DNA of 64,000 nt from Bigelowiella natans CCMP2755. Lineage: Eukaryota; Protista; Cercozoa. A program made the translations under genes and the position numbers. Positions 40,270 through 52,883 of this stretch are shown here, one piece after another. Every line of letters begins with the position of its first letter. Positions within the stretch are counted from its first letter, which is position 1. Location of the stretch: NCBI GenBank assembly GCA_000320545.1, contig ADNK01000824.1, positions 1 through 64,000 on the forward strand. The letters run 5' to 3'. The notes beneath the pieces are model-generated. The model saw nothing but the letters and a program-made list of their open reading frames with translations. It made no database searches and was not told where the DNA came from.

Positions 40270-40830
40270 CAAGGGAATCCGTATACTATAAGGGCTAAAT
40301 GAAACCTGTCAAATGTTAAGAGCATACAGCATAAGGCACTTAATATTCTCCAAAGCAGACAGAAAAAGATCTATATTCGGTGAGATTCACATTATTACGA
40401 TTGGTGGTTGACGGCTGCAGCGACAGTGGCCCAGGCGTGCGGAGTCGCACAGCACACCCAGATACCTAAGGGTGGTGATCATATCCATCATATCATACCT
40501 CAGGGTGGTGATCATATCCAGCTTCTCAATTTCGGCCTTGGTTGGCTTCCATTGTAGATGCTCACGTTTCGAATATCTTCGAAAAAAGAAAATGGAATGC
40601 CTATCTGTGATTTTTGTGTGGCCGTCGTGTTGATGGATTCTCACAGATGTTTGCGTCGTCGCAGCAGGAAAGCACTGAGGAGCTCCAACGCTCCTCCTGA
40701 TCATCAGCTCTGTCGTTGGACCGCGCTACTGTGCCAGTCCATCCGTCTAAGCAGTTATGCGCCAGTTCATATGATCGAGCGTACAGATGAATTTTAAGAT
40801 CCCCGTAGTCGCGATGCACGCACGAAAAGG
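40270..40830 (-). mobile_element. Probable decayed non-LTR (LINE) reverse-transcriptase fragment
   Basis: Colinear on the minus strand across frameshifts: VLSCCDDANI (YADD-like), LQWKPTKAE (..Kt), TTLRYLGVLCDS (YLG..D), LIVYGFPW (Yg.p.W). Includes an internal 33-nt-period duplication (40469/40502). Confidence 0.45.
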
Positions 40831-42107
40831 AGAAAGAAGATATTCACATTAGGACACGAGAGGGCTTGCCAGAAATCATGCATAGCACACACGCACACAC
40901 ATTAAACTTATGTTATAAGTTTTGTTGCAGATGAACCGACTTCTTAAAACACGGGAAGGGTCCACAGGGCGTGCTACAGCTATTTGATTTTCTGGAAGTC
41001 TTCTGGTTAAAGCACTCGGAGGCTGGTTGTGTATGATGTAGCCTACTTCTCCTCCGTAAGGTGCCGACTCTCGAGAATGGTTTTGGGTTTGTGTGTCAGA
41101 TTCAGGGCTGTTTGCCAAGTATCCATCGTCGGTCTTATCAACAATGAAAGTAGCAAAGAGGTTAGGGGAGTGCGGGAGGGAGAAGAGCATGTTGTATTTT
41201 ATACGCTTAACGTATTCAGAGGTTCTGAAATTTAAGTCGCGCAGATATTTTAGTGTGCATTGCATATCTTTTCTCGTAGATGTAATGAGTTGTTGTACAT
41301 GCAGAAACGATGTTTTATGGACTAAGTTCTCCTCATCTCAGAATCACAGCTTAGAGTAGTATACGCACCGTCGCGTCGAGTGGCCGTGCGGCTACAACCA
41401 CAGGGGACAAGGCTGGGTTGACCGCGTTGTCATGATTCTTCGTCTCCCTAAAAGCCTGAGCGTAAATCATGGGAAGTGGCGTCGCAGTGTTCCCTGTGGG
41501 GGAGGTTCGCTGTTGCATGGTGGAGGAGGGGGTTAAAGCATGAGCAGCAAGCTTGCAGGAAGGAGCTTTCTCACTGGGTCGACGATGCCGATTTACCCCA
41601 GGTAGGATTCATCATTTTGTGAATTGCAGCCACTCTACTCCACCGTTCCGTAGTCTGCTGATTGTTATCGGAGGAGGAGAGGAGAGGAGGAGGAGGAGGA
41701 GGATGGATGGATCTGTGTGAGGATGTTGCAACAGGAAGAACTTCGTAAATGTACATGGGAATACACACATATATCAAGGCGAATATACAACCGCGACATC
41801 ATCCGTACATTGTCGCGATGTTGAAACCAGAAACGTCTTCTTGGAAAAAAGATCATCGATCGATCGTCGTACGTCTGGATCTACTACGAGCTGGAGAAAT
41901 CGGAAACGACGCTGCTGGTCTGGAAACTGACGACGGGAAACGACGAGCATGCATGCATGCATGGTGGTGGTGGTGGTTTCGAGACGCGTGCTGTAACTGG
42001 GTACTTTGTTCACACTTCCCCGAGTCGTTCCGTGGAATAAATAACACATAGAGGCCCTCCCAGATTTGCATTGCCGACGTGTGCGTGGTTGGGAACAAAA
42101 CCCTCTT

Positions 42108-43751
42108 ATGGCGCTTCTCCCTCTTTTCTTCCTTTCCATTACGATTCACGCGGCGGGCATCCTTTCGAATGACGATAGCCCTGTGGTGGCGCTAATGGAA
42201 CGCGACGCAAACATCCTGGCGCTCTGGCAAATCGAGGCGATAGACGACGACCATAATGCATAGTTCATCTACACGAGGGATCAGCTTCAAAAGGTTATGC
42301 ACTGTCTTTATTCATCTGCACTAATTCGATATGATTTAATTTATTTGTACACTTATATCCATTAAATGTTTACAATGTGTATTCCATTTTTACATCATGT
42401 AGATCGCTGAGTTGTTTCCATCCGAGCTCACAAGCTGGACCAGTGTCGTGAGTGATAAGAGGAAAGTGGAGATTCTCTACTCAATCCTGAACGTAACTGA
42501 GGCGTTAATGAGCACGATGCCATCTATCTCCAACCTGGAAAAATGGCAAAAGAAACGGATCAAGCACATCGAGTCAATTCGCAGCCGGCACCAGAAGAAC
42601 CCGGAACTGCCGATCCGCAACGCTATTCCAAAGTGGTATCACGGGTTTTTTTTACAGCCACCTAGACGAGTCCCTCAAGCAAAAGGAGGTGCGGCCCGAT
42701 AACGGCTTCGCCTTCAATTTTTCTACGATTTGGGTCGACCACAAACCTAATCAGCTCTACAAGCCGTACTGGTTATCGCTAGACTGGGAGCTCGAGAAGC
42801 GGAACCTCACCTACAGCTTATATCCTTTTGAGAACGACGGCTTTAAATCTTCGTGGTACCTCGCCTTCGAGCCAGACCCGACAATTCCCCTCTTCGTTTC
42901 CGACGGGTCAATTGAATGCGTGGATTGGATTGTTGAGGACGAGTCCCATATTGCCAATTTCACCCTATTACTAGACAAGTACCTCAGCCCAGCTGAGCAA
43001 AAGGCGGTCTTAAATTCAGTAGTATTTTCTGATGAAGCTAGACTGCAGGATGTAATTATAAAGCTAGCTCGGGTCTATAGCTTCGATCGTGCTAATCTCG
43101 TCTCAGAAGTTACTGTACTACCCCTTTGGACAAATTATTCCCCAGCGAATTATCCGGTGGTTCACGGTTTCAATTGGTGTGCAGCAAAAATTTGCTTAAA
43201 TGGAGCGTCGTCTCCCGACAATCTCGCAACATCGTTGGGCTCTCTTCGTCGAGGTGATATCATACGGACATGGGGCTATGGGGACGAAATATCCAGTAAA
43301 TTACCAAAGTTCATGCTTGTCCTATCGCTCCTCCTCCTCCTCCTCCTCCTCCTCCTCCTCCTCGTCTTCGATTGATGCGACGGAGGGACTTCTGCTCGTG
43401 GTAGATGTAACGCTCGATGTGGACACGGTCCATTGCAAGACAGACTACTTCACTCGACAGGTGTTGGTGCGCCGAGTGTCCGAGGGAGACTTCCTGGCGA
43501 ACAGCACTCATATTCCAACCACAGCCTTCTCTGCCCGAAGTATTCGATTCAATTCGAAGGCCGTGGGTGTGGTGCAGCTGTTTGGTACTGTACCAGAATC
43601 TGTGCTGAATAGGACTGACATTGACATCAACGTTTTGATTGCTGACGGTAAATGGGAGGACAGCGTGGCTTCATTCCCGTACGAAGCATGGGGCTGGGAA
43701 TGTGGTTCTTCCTTCTGTCTGTCGCTGTGGTCAAATCAGGAACCCTCCTAG
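42108..43751 (+). CDS. Putative secreted glycoprotein of unknown function; either a pseudogene or dependent on unusual splicing
   Basis: Signal-peptide-like MALLPLFFLSITIHAAG; clear intron at about 42294-42402; long complex ORFs with many N-x-S/T sites; a phase-compatible intron at about 43296-43403. However, there is an in-frame TAG at 42261 and a frame change at the T8 run 42646-42653. Confidence 0.5.
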
Positions 43752-44029
43752 TGTGCAATCTACACACAAACAAATGACTGCAAATATGACAGCTACAGAT
43801 TGTTTACTATATGACATGTCAGATCATTTCATTGCCTCACGTGTAGCAGACTAGCAGAGCACACACATGCTAGAATTGCAAAACATATGACCACGTAATG
43901 AGTTTAGCTGGTGATGTTTCATTGCAACGATGCGCAGCTGTAACAATCTATCTGACACTCATTCAACTGTGACACCACGAAATGTGCACGAATGCATGCA
44001 TGCACACATGTGCGTTTTTTGCAACACAC

Positions 44030-44066
<37 letters not shown>

Positions 44067-44769
44067 AGCATGTGTCGTTCATTGTGTGCTCATTGTGAAT
44101 GCAACGTGTGCAAATTCAAACAGATGCCTGACCTGCATGGAACACGATGCTAATGACAAAATGCTAGTGACTCGCAAACAGGTCGGTCGCCCCTTCAAGG
44201 AGGAGAATGCGACATCATTGCGTGCGTGTGACAACGTGAATTGAGTGAGTTGAATCAAAGTGAACGGCAAGCAAAGAGCAGGTTGAATGCTCGGGTGCCA
44301 ATACCTCTATTACGCATTGATGACATGAATGAATGAAGAAGTAGAAAAACTGATTCAATGAAGAAAAGAAAGAAAGAAACAAGTGAACATACCCAACGGA
44401 ATGTAAGTGTGTGATGTGGGCATCCATGAATGAAGTCGGACACTTAAACTTTTAGACGCTTTCTCCTAATTCATGTGCTTTGTCATGTCGCAGATAGAAA
44501 ATCCTCATTAAAATTTTCAATGATGCTTCATGAATGAGTGAGCTTGTACTTTTTTGGTTCTCTGAACGGAGTGGATATTTGTTCTACGACATCATGATGT
44601 GCTGGTCAAAAAATGTCAGTTACTGCGCGTTGTCGCTACCAAAGACGACCAGTGCTGAAGGGGGACACTTTCATGGAGTCAGCCTTAACAAAACGTCCGT
44701 AATACGGATACCGCTCACCCAGGGCTGCGAAAAGATTCCCAATAGATCACCCAAAAGTGAAGATTGTGA

Positions 44770-45486
44770 ATGGCTAAGTCGGTGGCGCCCACTCTGCCAC
44801 CATGCTTGCTCATTCTACTGGCCGTGGGAAGCAATGTGGTCTTGGTGGAGTCTGAGTCGGTGAATGTTGATGTTCGCAACACGTTCGAGAACACCAGCTA
44901 TCATTTATTGGCACGAGATCAGAAGGATTTATTTAAAAGTTGCTATAAGTCCTCCATTGCAAACGTGTTTTCCCTCACACCAGACAGAGACATACATATA
45001 TCGAAAATTCAGGAACCTAGCACCGAAGTCTATGCTAGAGTCAGCACCCCCACGTTAACAGATGCAGAAGGTCTCGCTGCTTTGATAGAGAAACGTCCAG
45101 ACTTAATATTTTCTGATCTAAATGGATTCAATGTTACTACATACGGGTTGCCTACAAATTCAAAAGCTGAAATTCGAAAGGAAAAGAAAAAGGATAAAAC
45201 CAACAATGAGGATAAGGTTCTGATCGCCACCATGGTAGCAATTTTCGGAGTATCAGGCCTGATTATAGCAGGACTGTCGTACATATACTTCATAATGAAT
45301 AATGAGTTCGTGCGCATACATCCTGAAGGTGCTTCAGAAGAAGAACTTGGTACTGCTAGCCCCTTTGAAGAAAAAAGCTTCGCTGGATTTGACCAGGCCA
45401 GACTTGGATCAACTTCAGAGGATTCCCCTAAAAAAAGGAATGCAACGGGAAGCCATATTCATCCGTTTAGTAAATCTGCGCGATAA
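44770..45486 (+). CDS. Single-pass type I membrane protein, 238 aa, single exon
   Basis: N-terminal hydrophobic signal (PPCLLILLAVGS), ~110-aa ectodomain (SEA-like composition), TM segment VLIATMVAIFGVSGLIIAGLSYIYFIM, short cytosolic tail. Confidence 0.75.
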   Translation: MAKSVAPTLPPCLLILLAVGSNVVLVESESVNVDVRNTFENTSYHLLARDQKDLFKSCYKSSIANVFSLTPDRDIHISKIQEPSTEVYARVSTPTLTDAEGLAALIEKRPDLIFSDLNGFNVTTYGLPTNSKAEIRKEKKKDKTNNEDKVLIATMVAIFGVSGLIIAGLSYIYFIMNNEFVRIHPEGASEEELGTASPFEEKSFAGFDQARLGSTSEDSPKKRNATGSHIHPFSKSAR

Positions 45487-46173
45487 TTTAACATGACATG
45501 AATTGAATTTTTTAACTCGCGCGAAAATTATTTTGAAGATCATCGTTATTTCGAGCATGTCTACATGATTGGTAATGTAGTAAAGCATTGTTTGGTTCTA
45601 TATATGAAATGAATGTGATGCTTAATCACAAATCTCCGGTCCAGTATTATCAGTTTCTCTCGTCATATTGTATCATGATCGCACTACGTACTAAAGACAC
45701 ATCATTTGGGGTGGATCATCGCATCATCAATGCAATGCACTGAGCGTTCCTGCTTGCAAGTGACAGTTCAATGGCTGCTGATGACTTGCTTTTGACGCAG
45801 AGTGCAGTGTGCGAATGCAATGCGATGCGATGAATGACCATAGATGAACAATGTGGCAGCGACATTGGCGCCCTGTGATCACTCTATAAGCATTGTTGGC
45901 CCGAAACCCGAACGAAACCGTAGAAAGATAAGCTAAGTGTGCGTGCAGCCGCGCACGTCGCGGGAAAACGTGATGCTGCCATCATGCAAAATGTGCGGCG
46001 AAAACGCAATTTTCTGGCAGCAATGACATCTAGAACATGCCTACGTACCGCATGAGATTATAAGATATATGACAATTTCTGCTTATGTACTGTGCATTGG
46101 CTGCATCGCACGAGATCGAGTACGGCAACATGTTTTTTATAAATTCCGACTTTTGCTTGCTTCACCGAACAAA

Positions 46174-46560
46174 TCAAATTTCTCCAGACTTTTCTTCGGT
46201 TTTTTGCTGAAAGGAGCTCTCGACCCACTTTATTGCCTTTTGAATCTGTTCTAAAGGCGCAACTGTAAACATCGAAGCTGGATATATGCGCTGTCCCCAC
46301 CTGCAAATAGAGTTGTTTCTAGATCATGATCTGTTCGATGCACTGCAAAAGTAGTATTTTACCTTGGATGCAAGATGACCTTGCACATTCCAACTTGCTG
46401 AAATTTGTACCGCAGTAACAATTGCATGCCCTCGACTTCATTGTACGTGGAGCTTCCCTGCGTCCCAAGAACAGGGTAGCCGGAGCATGGATCTATGTAA
46501 TCCGCCCAGTAGCCAGCCTCACTTCCGAAACACAAAACAGACATAAGATCAACAAAACTA

Positions 46561-46598
<38 letters not shown>

Positions 46599-47599
46599 TA
46601 GCGATGAATGTTTAATATTGAACTGTACATCAGTTTGCTACACACAGCTTGAGACCACGCATAGAAGCTCTTAAGGAGGTTGTCCTAAGAAGATAAAAGC
46701 GGTCACGGCGATGATCATTCGAACTCAAGCTCGAGATGGAAATGTACCTTCTCTTTCTCAGCTGATTCTGTGAACTCCAGCATGTCACAACTTTTCGAAA
46801 AGAAGATAACATTAAGCAGGAATAAATATAGAATACTCTTGCATTGATAGTATAACCTGCAGTGTTGGAAAGTAGGAATGCACACTAAGTTCGGAAGATC
46901 CTGATTCGGGGTGAAAAATAGTAACACATTCGATAGGTCAGTTATTTTTCCGACTTTAATACGACGGACGGTGTTAAAGGCAAGTTTTTGTGGCACCTTA
47001 TCTCCTTTCTCATTCTTTATCTTCTTGAAAAGGTCAGGAAAAATCTGCTTGCAATGCCTCTTGATTATCGAATGGAGGGTATGGATCGAGTATTCAATCT
47101 AAGGGATAAATTTGGTCTCAGTCAATTAATACAGATTAGGATGGAACAAATTTAAGAGCGATGAACTGCATTATGGTATACGAAGGATCTGGTCTGAAAC
47201 CTCAATTTTCCCTATCGTCTCAGCACCAGCAAACTTGTCTTTGCATTCCTAATTAATTTTAGACCCCCACACCTCAGCTTATGCTCGTAGTAGAATGGGA
47301 AAACGTACCAATGCGGTACCCTTCAGCTTGAAAGGGACTTTGTAGGTGCAAGAAAGCGTGGGCTTCTGGAGAACCTGACACCTGGCTTTCTTTGGCTTCG
47401 AAGATGGCACCTCTTCCTTCTTGCCGTCATCTTCTTTTCGCTTCTCAAGCTTTTTCTGCAAAGAATATGGACTACATTTTAGCGATTATGAATCGGGTCT
47501 TAGCTTCGAGCGGTTGGGCCGCCCCTCCTCCATCCTAGCTACTACCACTTCTTCTTGTTGGCCCTCCATTTGTTGTACCCCCCTCGTCGGTTCCACCAT
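46174..47599 (-). CDS. MMADHC: Cobalamin trafficking protein CblD/MMADHC
   Basis: IEYSIHTLHS..; LVCIPTFQHC; GYWADYIDPCSGYP...TYNEVEGMQLLLRY..VGMCKVILHPRWGQRIYPASMFTVAP. Start is approximate. Confidence 0.9.
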
Positions 47600-48717
47600 C
47601 AAGACAGCTACGATGTTTGTATAGATGTTTCTACATTAAATATTTTACTCATCAAGAAAAGTCGATATCCAGGAGCAACACATACAATAACTTTTCTAGA
47701 ATTTCGATGTGATGAAAACATTAGGTATATTCCATATTATAAAATGGTCTGAAATTGGACGCTGATGGTGATTACTGACAGCTTAAATCTAATTGTAGTC
47801 CGCCCCCAATCTTGAGCAAGGGGATTCTTGTTGTGGAAGAAGCTCTCCTACTTTCTCTACTCACGGGTGAAAAGCTCTGCTCGGACAACAGAACGTCAAC
47901 AACGGCATAGAACCCCAAAACAGATTCTCCAACATTATGGCTGCTCCCTGCAAATGCCCCGCCTCCTCCAGATAGATCATAATGTACTACCGTTCTTCGC
48001 GCAAATGTGTGTTCTTGAGATAACTGCTCTAACGCTACAGGCAAGAAGTTTCCTACTCATGCCAGCTAATGAGGAAACGCAGGCTGGTGAGAGTTTCGGT
48101 GGATATCAGAACTTGGAAGTAATGATATAATGATGGCGACATCTTCCCAGAATTTTTCTTTTGAATAACTCTTGGCTATTAAATCAAAAAGAGTGAAGCC
48201 TGAAGATATCGCGTTGGAGTCTACCGCAAAGAAATTTGCACTTGAAGGGAAAAGGTGTGGTATTAGATATCTACGCCTTCCCAACTCTCTAACATGCCTT
48301 TATTGGTTTTAAGATTATCCTCATTCCACTCCCTGTACCTTCTTACTCCTGTTATTGCATCCCACTGATCTCATAAATCCCGGCATCAACATTAGTGGCT
48401 CTAGGAAGTATCAAATCAGGTGGGTTCACAGAGTTGTAAGATGGCGGGGATCGAGCAACAATATCACTCTTTGACTTTTTCACAGGTTTTCCTACCCTCC
48501 TGGGGTGTGTGTGCGAGTCTCGAAGGACTATAAATTGAGCCTAAAAGGTCTGCGACGCAAACTATAATGAACAAAAGTAATTTGACGTTCTTGGTCACAA
48601 GCACAAGCACTGTCGAACCTTGATCATTGTCAGTAAATATTGCCTTATTATATCCTCCTTTTCCCCCTCCAATCACCCATAGATGGGATACTCACCGCAA
48701 ATCTCCCTGTGGCAAAG

Positions 48718-49655
48718 ATGCCAAAAAAGACAGTCGAGGGGAAAAGGAGAGGAGCAATGGCAGAATTGTCAAAGGCGACAGGGACATCACAATTTTCCAA
48801 AAATGGAGCAGTAATTACCAAGAGCAAGAAAAAACGGAAACGTAGAAAATTACAGCACGACTAAATTTGTTAACTAATTGATACATTTTGACGGGAACAA
48901 CATTGTGATTAATTCTTAAATTTCAAGGATTGTCCGAAGAGGCTGAGAAGACTCAGCAGTCATCCGTGGGAAAGAAGAAGAGTACCAAGAACAAGAAACA
49001 GAAGCGAAAATCTGGCAATGAGAGGCGTCAGGAGAAACAGCCTAATTCTGAAAAAATGCATGCATTAAAAATAATGGAGCGCGTTAATGGGATTAGGGAT
49101 CTTAAAGTTATGAAGAACATGCAGGTGTGATACGAGTAACGGGAAATTTTGAGGATCAATCCTACGTTTCTCTCCCCCCCTCTCTCTCTCTTTCTCTCTC
49201 TCTCCCTGTGCGCGCGTGTGGCTGTTCACTAGGGTAGAAACCAAGCTCACTTCCCTACTAATAATTGCATATTCCGTTTATCCTCCGTATACATCGTCTT
49301 TTTCTCAGAGAACAAATGAAAAGGTAGAAAATAATAAGAGGAAGAAGGAGAATAGAAAGCAACGGAAGGTATGAAACACCTTTTGCCTCCTCATATATCT
49401 ACCTCCTGTTTCCTTTCTCAATCCTCATCTTACATGTTGTACTATTAGAAAAATACCCAAAAAATACTCCAAGGAGTGCAAGAGATGCTTCAAAGGAAGA
49501 ATAAACGCAGTTCTAGCTTTGGCGAGCAATCAGCCGCAGATATCGTAAGATCATCCCTCTCGGAAGTATCTTCAGAACGTCCAGCTCAACAAGTCAAAAA
49601 GGAAAAGAGGCGACATTCAAAGAGGGCCTCGAAAAAAAGTGTATCCTTTGCATGA
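48718..49655 (+). CDS. Small, highly basic, probably nucleolar protein ending in KKSVSFA
   Basis: Four exons at about 48718-48841, 48929-49124, 49309-49368, 49449-49655; Lys/Arg-rich with a helical middle (weak Loc1-like resemblance). Confidence 0.65.
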
Positions 49656-50953
49656 AACTGCAAATATTTGTGTATCTCTATTCAAAGGAGATGGTGGAAC
49701 TACACTCTTAATCATGCAAAGCTGACATTAAGTGTATGCAGCTGTCGGTCTTGTGTGTTCATGTACTAATTGAGATGGCCTGCATTGTGCTACCATGACT
49801 GGTTTATAACGTTTGCACGGCAAGTACGTCATGTGTCCTATCCGTCCAGCACATGAATCTAGATCTCTCATGTCTACGCGGGACATGAACGATGTTAGAT
49901 GGCCGACACACATCTAGCAGACACTGGTGAAAGAGCAACATGCTAGAATGTTGCGTCAAGGTGCACCGAAGCAACTTTTCATTGTTGGCTGCATCTTGAG
50001 CTGACAGTTGTGATCGCGGTCTAGCGGTGGCCATGGTGGAGCAGATCGCGAGCACAGCCTTGCTAGCTAGACTAGTAGAGCATGCTGCACACGCACATGC
50101 GCACATAGAAATCGCAATGCATTCTAGCATTGCGCATCGCGCAATCCGTGGCGATTATCAAATACCTAATGAACCACAGTCAATGATTTTTCGAGACACA
50201 TCGCACGCAAGCAGATCCAGAGATGAATGAGACTGCCATTCTGTGACAACCGCCGATGTTATGGTGCACGTGTGTCACCAGAACATCTATGCATCCTAGA
50301 AATTTAGACCATGTTAACATAACGTGCGCAGGCCATTGTGCAACAATGCGAAGGCTGGAATGCTCGAGCTTTTGACATGTTGAACCGATCGATTGCATGT
50401 ATTTTCTTGTCAAAACGAGCAAAAAACCAGTAGGCTAGCAGTGTGAAATGTGCAACGTAACATCACGAGGAGAAACTCACTCACATGGCATAAAGACATA
50501 TCTTCTAAACTTTGTACATGAGCATTTCCTTTCCGATTCTCACATGTGATCCAACATGATCTACAGTGAAATATCGGTAAATACAGAAATCAATAACTAA
50601 AGTTGATAATTGACACAGAAATGCATAAAAATGTAAATGAGACGCCTTGCAGTCTCAATAGATATTCGCCAATGCAAGCACTTTTTTACCATTTAGTAAA
50701 TTCAGTGTAAGATAAATCAAGACATTTCAATAATTAAAGATTAGACGAGAAAACAAAATATTTAATTTGGTAGTTTTCACTACTCAATTTATCTCATTAT
50801 ATATTGATTCATATTTAAAACTCTCGTGCTCCGATTAATCATTATGACAATCTCAACAATTATGTTGATTTCCATGAGAAACTTTTCGTGTATGATAGCC
50901 GAGTGACCTATGTACCATAAAATTAGTTTTTTCCTATTTGTAGAAGTTGTATA

Positions 50954-52528
50954 ATTACCGTAGGTGTAACAGGTTCCTTCTTCAATTTCATTTGGTAAAG
51001 GGATAAAGAGCCCAGAGATAAGCTCCTCACTCGCCCACTATCTTTTAAGAGTCTATTTTGTTCATTCCTTGAGATGGCTGAAGGCAGCCTGCGAAAAATA
51101 ACGTTGAGGATTTAAATAGTTTCATTTTTTAAAAATGTACCTTTTTTGTTCCTGCATGAACTGACAAGGAGTTCTCTCAGAGGAAAGATACAAAGTTAAT
51201 TTCCTTGGAATCTGCGTTGTAGAATGCCCTTGAGGATGACCTCTTCGTTGGTAAAAGGGAGGTTTTAGTGAGAATCTTGAAGCTCCAGCGACAGATATTG
51301 AGCTCGTAGGAACTTTGTCATTGAGTTGAGTATCAGCACATAGCAAAAGAGACTTGTTTTCTTTTTGATGGTGATGCCACTTTTCTTCCATGCCACATTG
51401 GCTTCTATTTTGATAGCTATTTCTATTGCAAAGTTCGGTCTGGGACCTTGAACGTTTCGGATAACTCTCGTCACTATCTTCACGCGCCCTCTTTCCACAA
51501 TAGTGACGAGACAATGGGCGATGGTGATGGTTTAGTAGGCCTCTCATTGTGGAGGAATCTGCTCGCTATTTTGCGCGGGCTACAGCGGTATTGGGATTCT
51601 GATTCAACTTACACAAGCTTCTTCAACTCTCTTTTCAAGGCTGGGATCGGAAATAGATTGGGGGTACTGACCGGGACAAGCAACAAAAAACGTGAAAAAC
51701 AACAGAAACAGATTGTGCGACTTAAGATTTTGACCAACAAATTGCGAAAACTCCCCTCATGAAATTCGAACGTTAGAGCGGGAGTGTCGGTAACTCGTGT
51801 ATGGAATGCTCTAGTACTATCCCAACCTCCAAGTGACACTGTGGGACCCATCGTTTACGGCCCACGAGCCAAAATTGTAGCCTGCAGCGTCTCCTCACCG
51901 CGCGACATGACGTCATCTTTGTTGAAGAAAGAACTCGACGGCGTCCCTTTTCTGCAAGTCGTAACGATACCTCCAAGATGATTTTAGCGGCAATAATGAT
52001 AAACAACCGTATTCCAACATACCAGACGTACGTGTAGTAAGCAAAAATTCCGTGTTATCGCGGCACAACAAGGGCATGCAATGTTCAAGCGAATTCTCCG
52101 GCAGGGTCAGCGCGCATGCCATTGAATTCTCCGGTAGAGTCAGCGCGCCCGATCTTCACTCTACATTGAAGATTGAATGGTGCCGCCAGTGAATTATTGA
52201 AGATTGAACAGTCTTCACAGAAAAATGCACGAGATTGCGCATGTGCATGCACTTAAATTCTCCTTCACAAAAGCCACCTTCCTTGAAATCGAAACTTGAC
52301 ATGTCATGATTGCTGTTTTGACGAGGGGCCGTGGCATTTTTTGTTTCGAGAATTTGATGACTAGACATCAATCTTTCATTCGATGGAATTCGTTCCCGAA
52401 ACAAGCATGCTCTTTCACAAGTGCTTAGTTCGTTCAGCAGTAGGTCAGTAGGTCCACTCATCTCCTGACTTATTTTGGTCCTGGAAGACGGAAGTTTGTT
52501 CACCGCGGAATCCGCTGTAGCGACAATC
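50954..52528 (-). CDS. Hypothetical spliced protein, poorly resolved
   Basis: Minus-strand ORF pieces (52156-52503, 51913-52122, 51122-51547) flanked by plausible splice sites; I could not build a fully consistent frame. Confidence 0.3.
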
Positions 52529-52883
52529 GAGAATCACTTGTGCACATTCCGCCTATAATTTAAAGGCGCGACAACAAAGAGTGTTGTCAGAAATCCGCAT
52601 GCACATGGCGTCCATCTAGGATTTAGTAGTTTGATTTCGGAGACCCATTACCTGCTTTGGGTTCAAAACGACCTTGTAATGCCCAGTGAATGCTGTTTTC
52701 ACATACTTTCATTCGTCCACCTAGCTGCCTCATTGGTGTTAACTCCTTTTGAGTGTTCAAAAAATAAATATGAATTCAATGTACACAATGTGCATGCATG
52801 TAGCAATCACATCATTGAGTCGAATCACATTGTACACCTTCTTGTGACAGGCCAATATAGGGAGATTGTAAGGTTTCGATAAA

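Noticed and set aside
41398-41424. PQGTRLG peptide resembling RT motif B
   Set aside because: On the opposite strand to the other RT-like motifs and followed immediately by a stop.
43296-43403. Apparent frameshift at the (CTC)n tract
   Set aside because: Resolved by a phase-compatible GT-AG intron containing the tract.
45953-45964. 12-mer GCACGTCGCGGG shared with 61654-61665
   Set aside because: Many 12-mer matches are expected by chance within 64 kb, and the flanks do not align.
47772-48676. Short ORFs between MMADHC and the basic protein
   Set aside because: No recognisable motifs and no consistent exon chain.
52091-52148. 25-bp direct repeat with a 33-nt period, considered as CRISPR-like
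   Set aside because: Only two copies, eukaryotic context, no cas genes; a simple local duplication.
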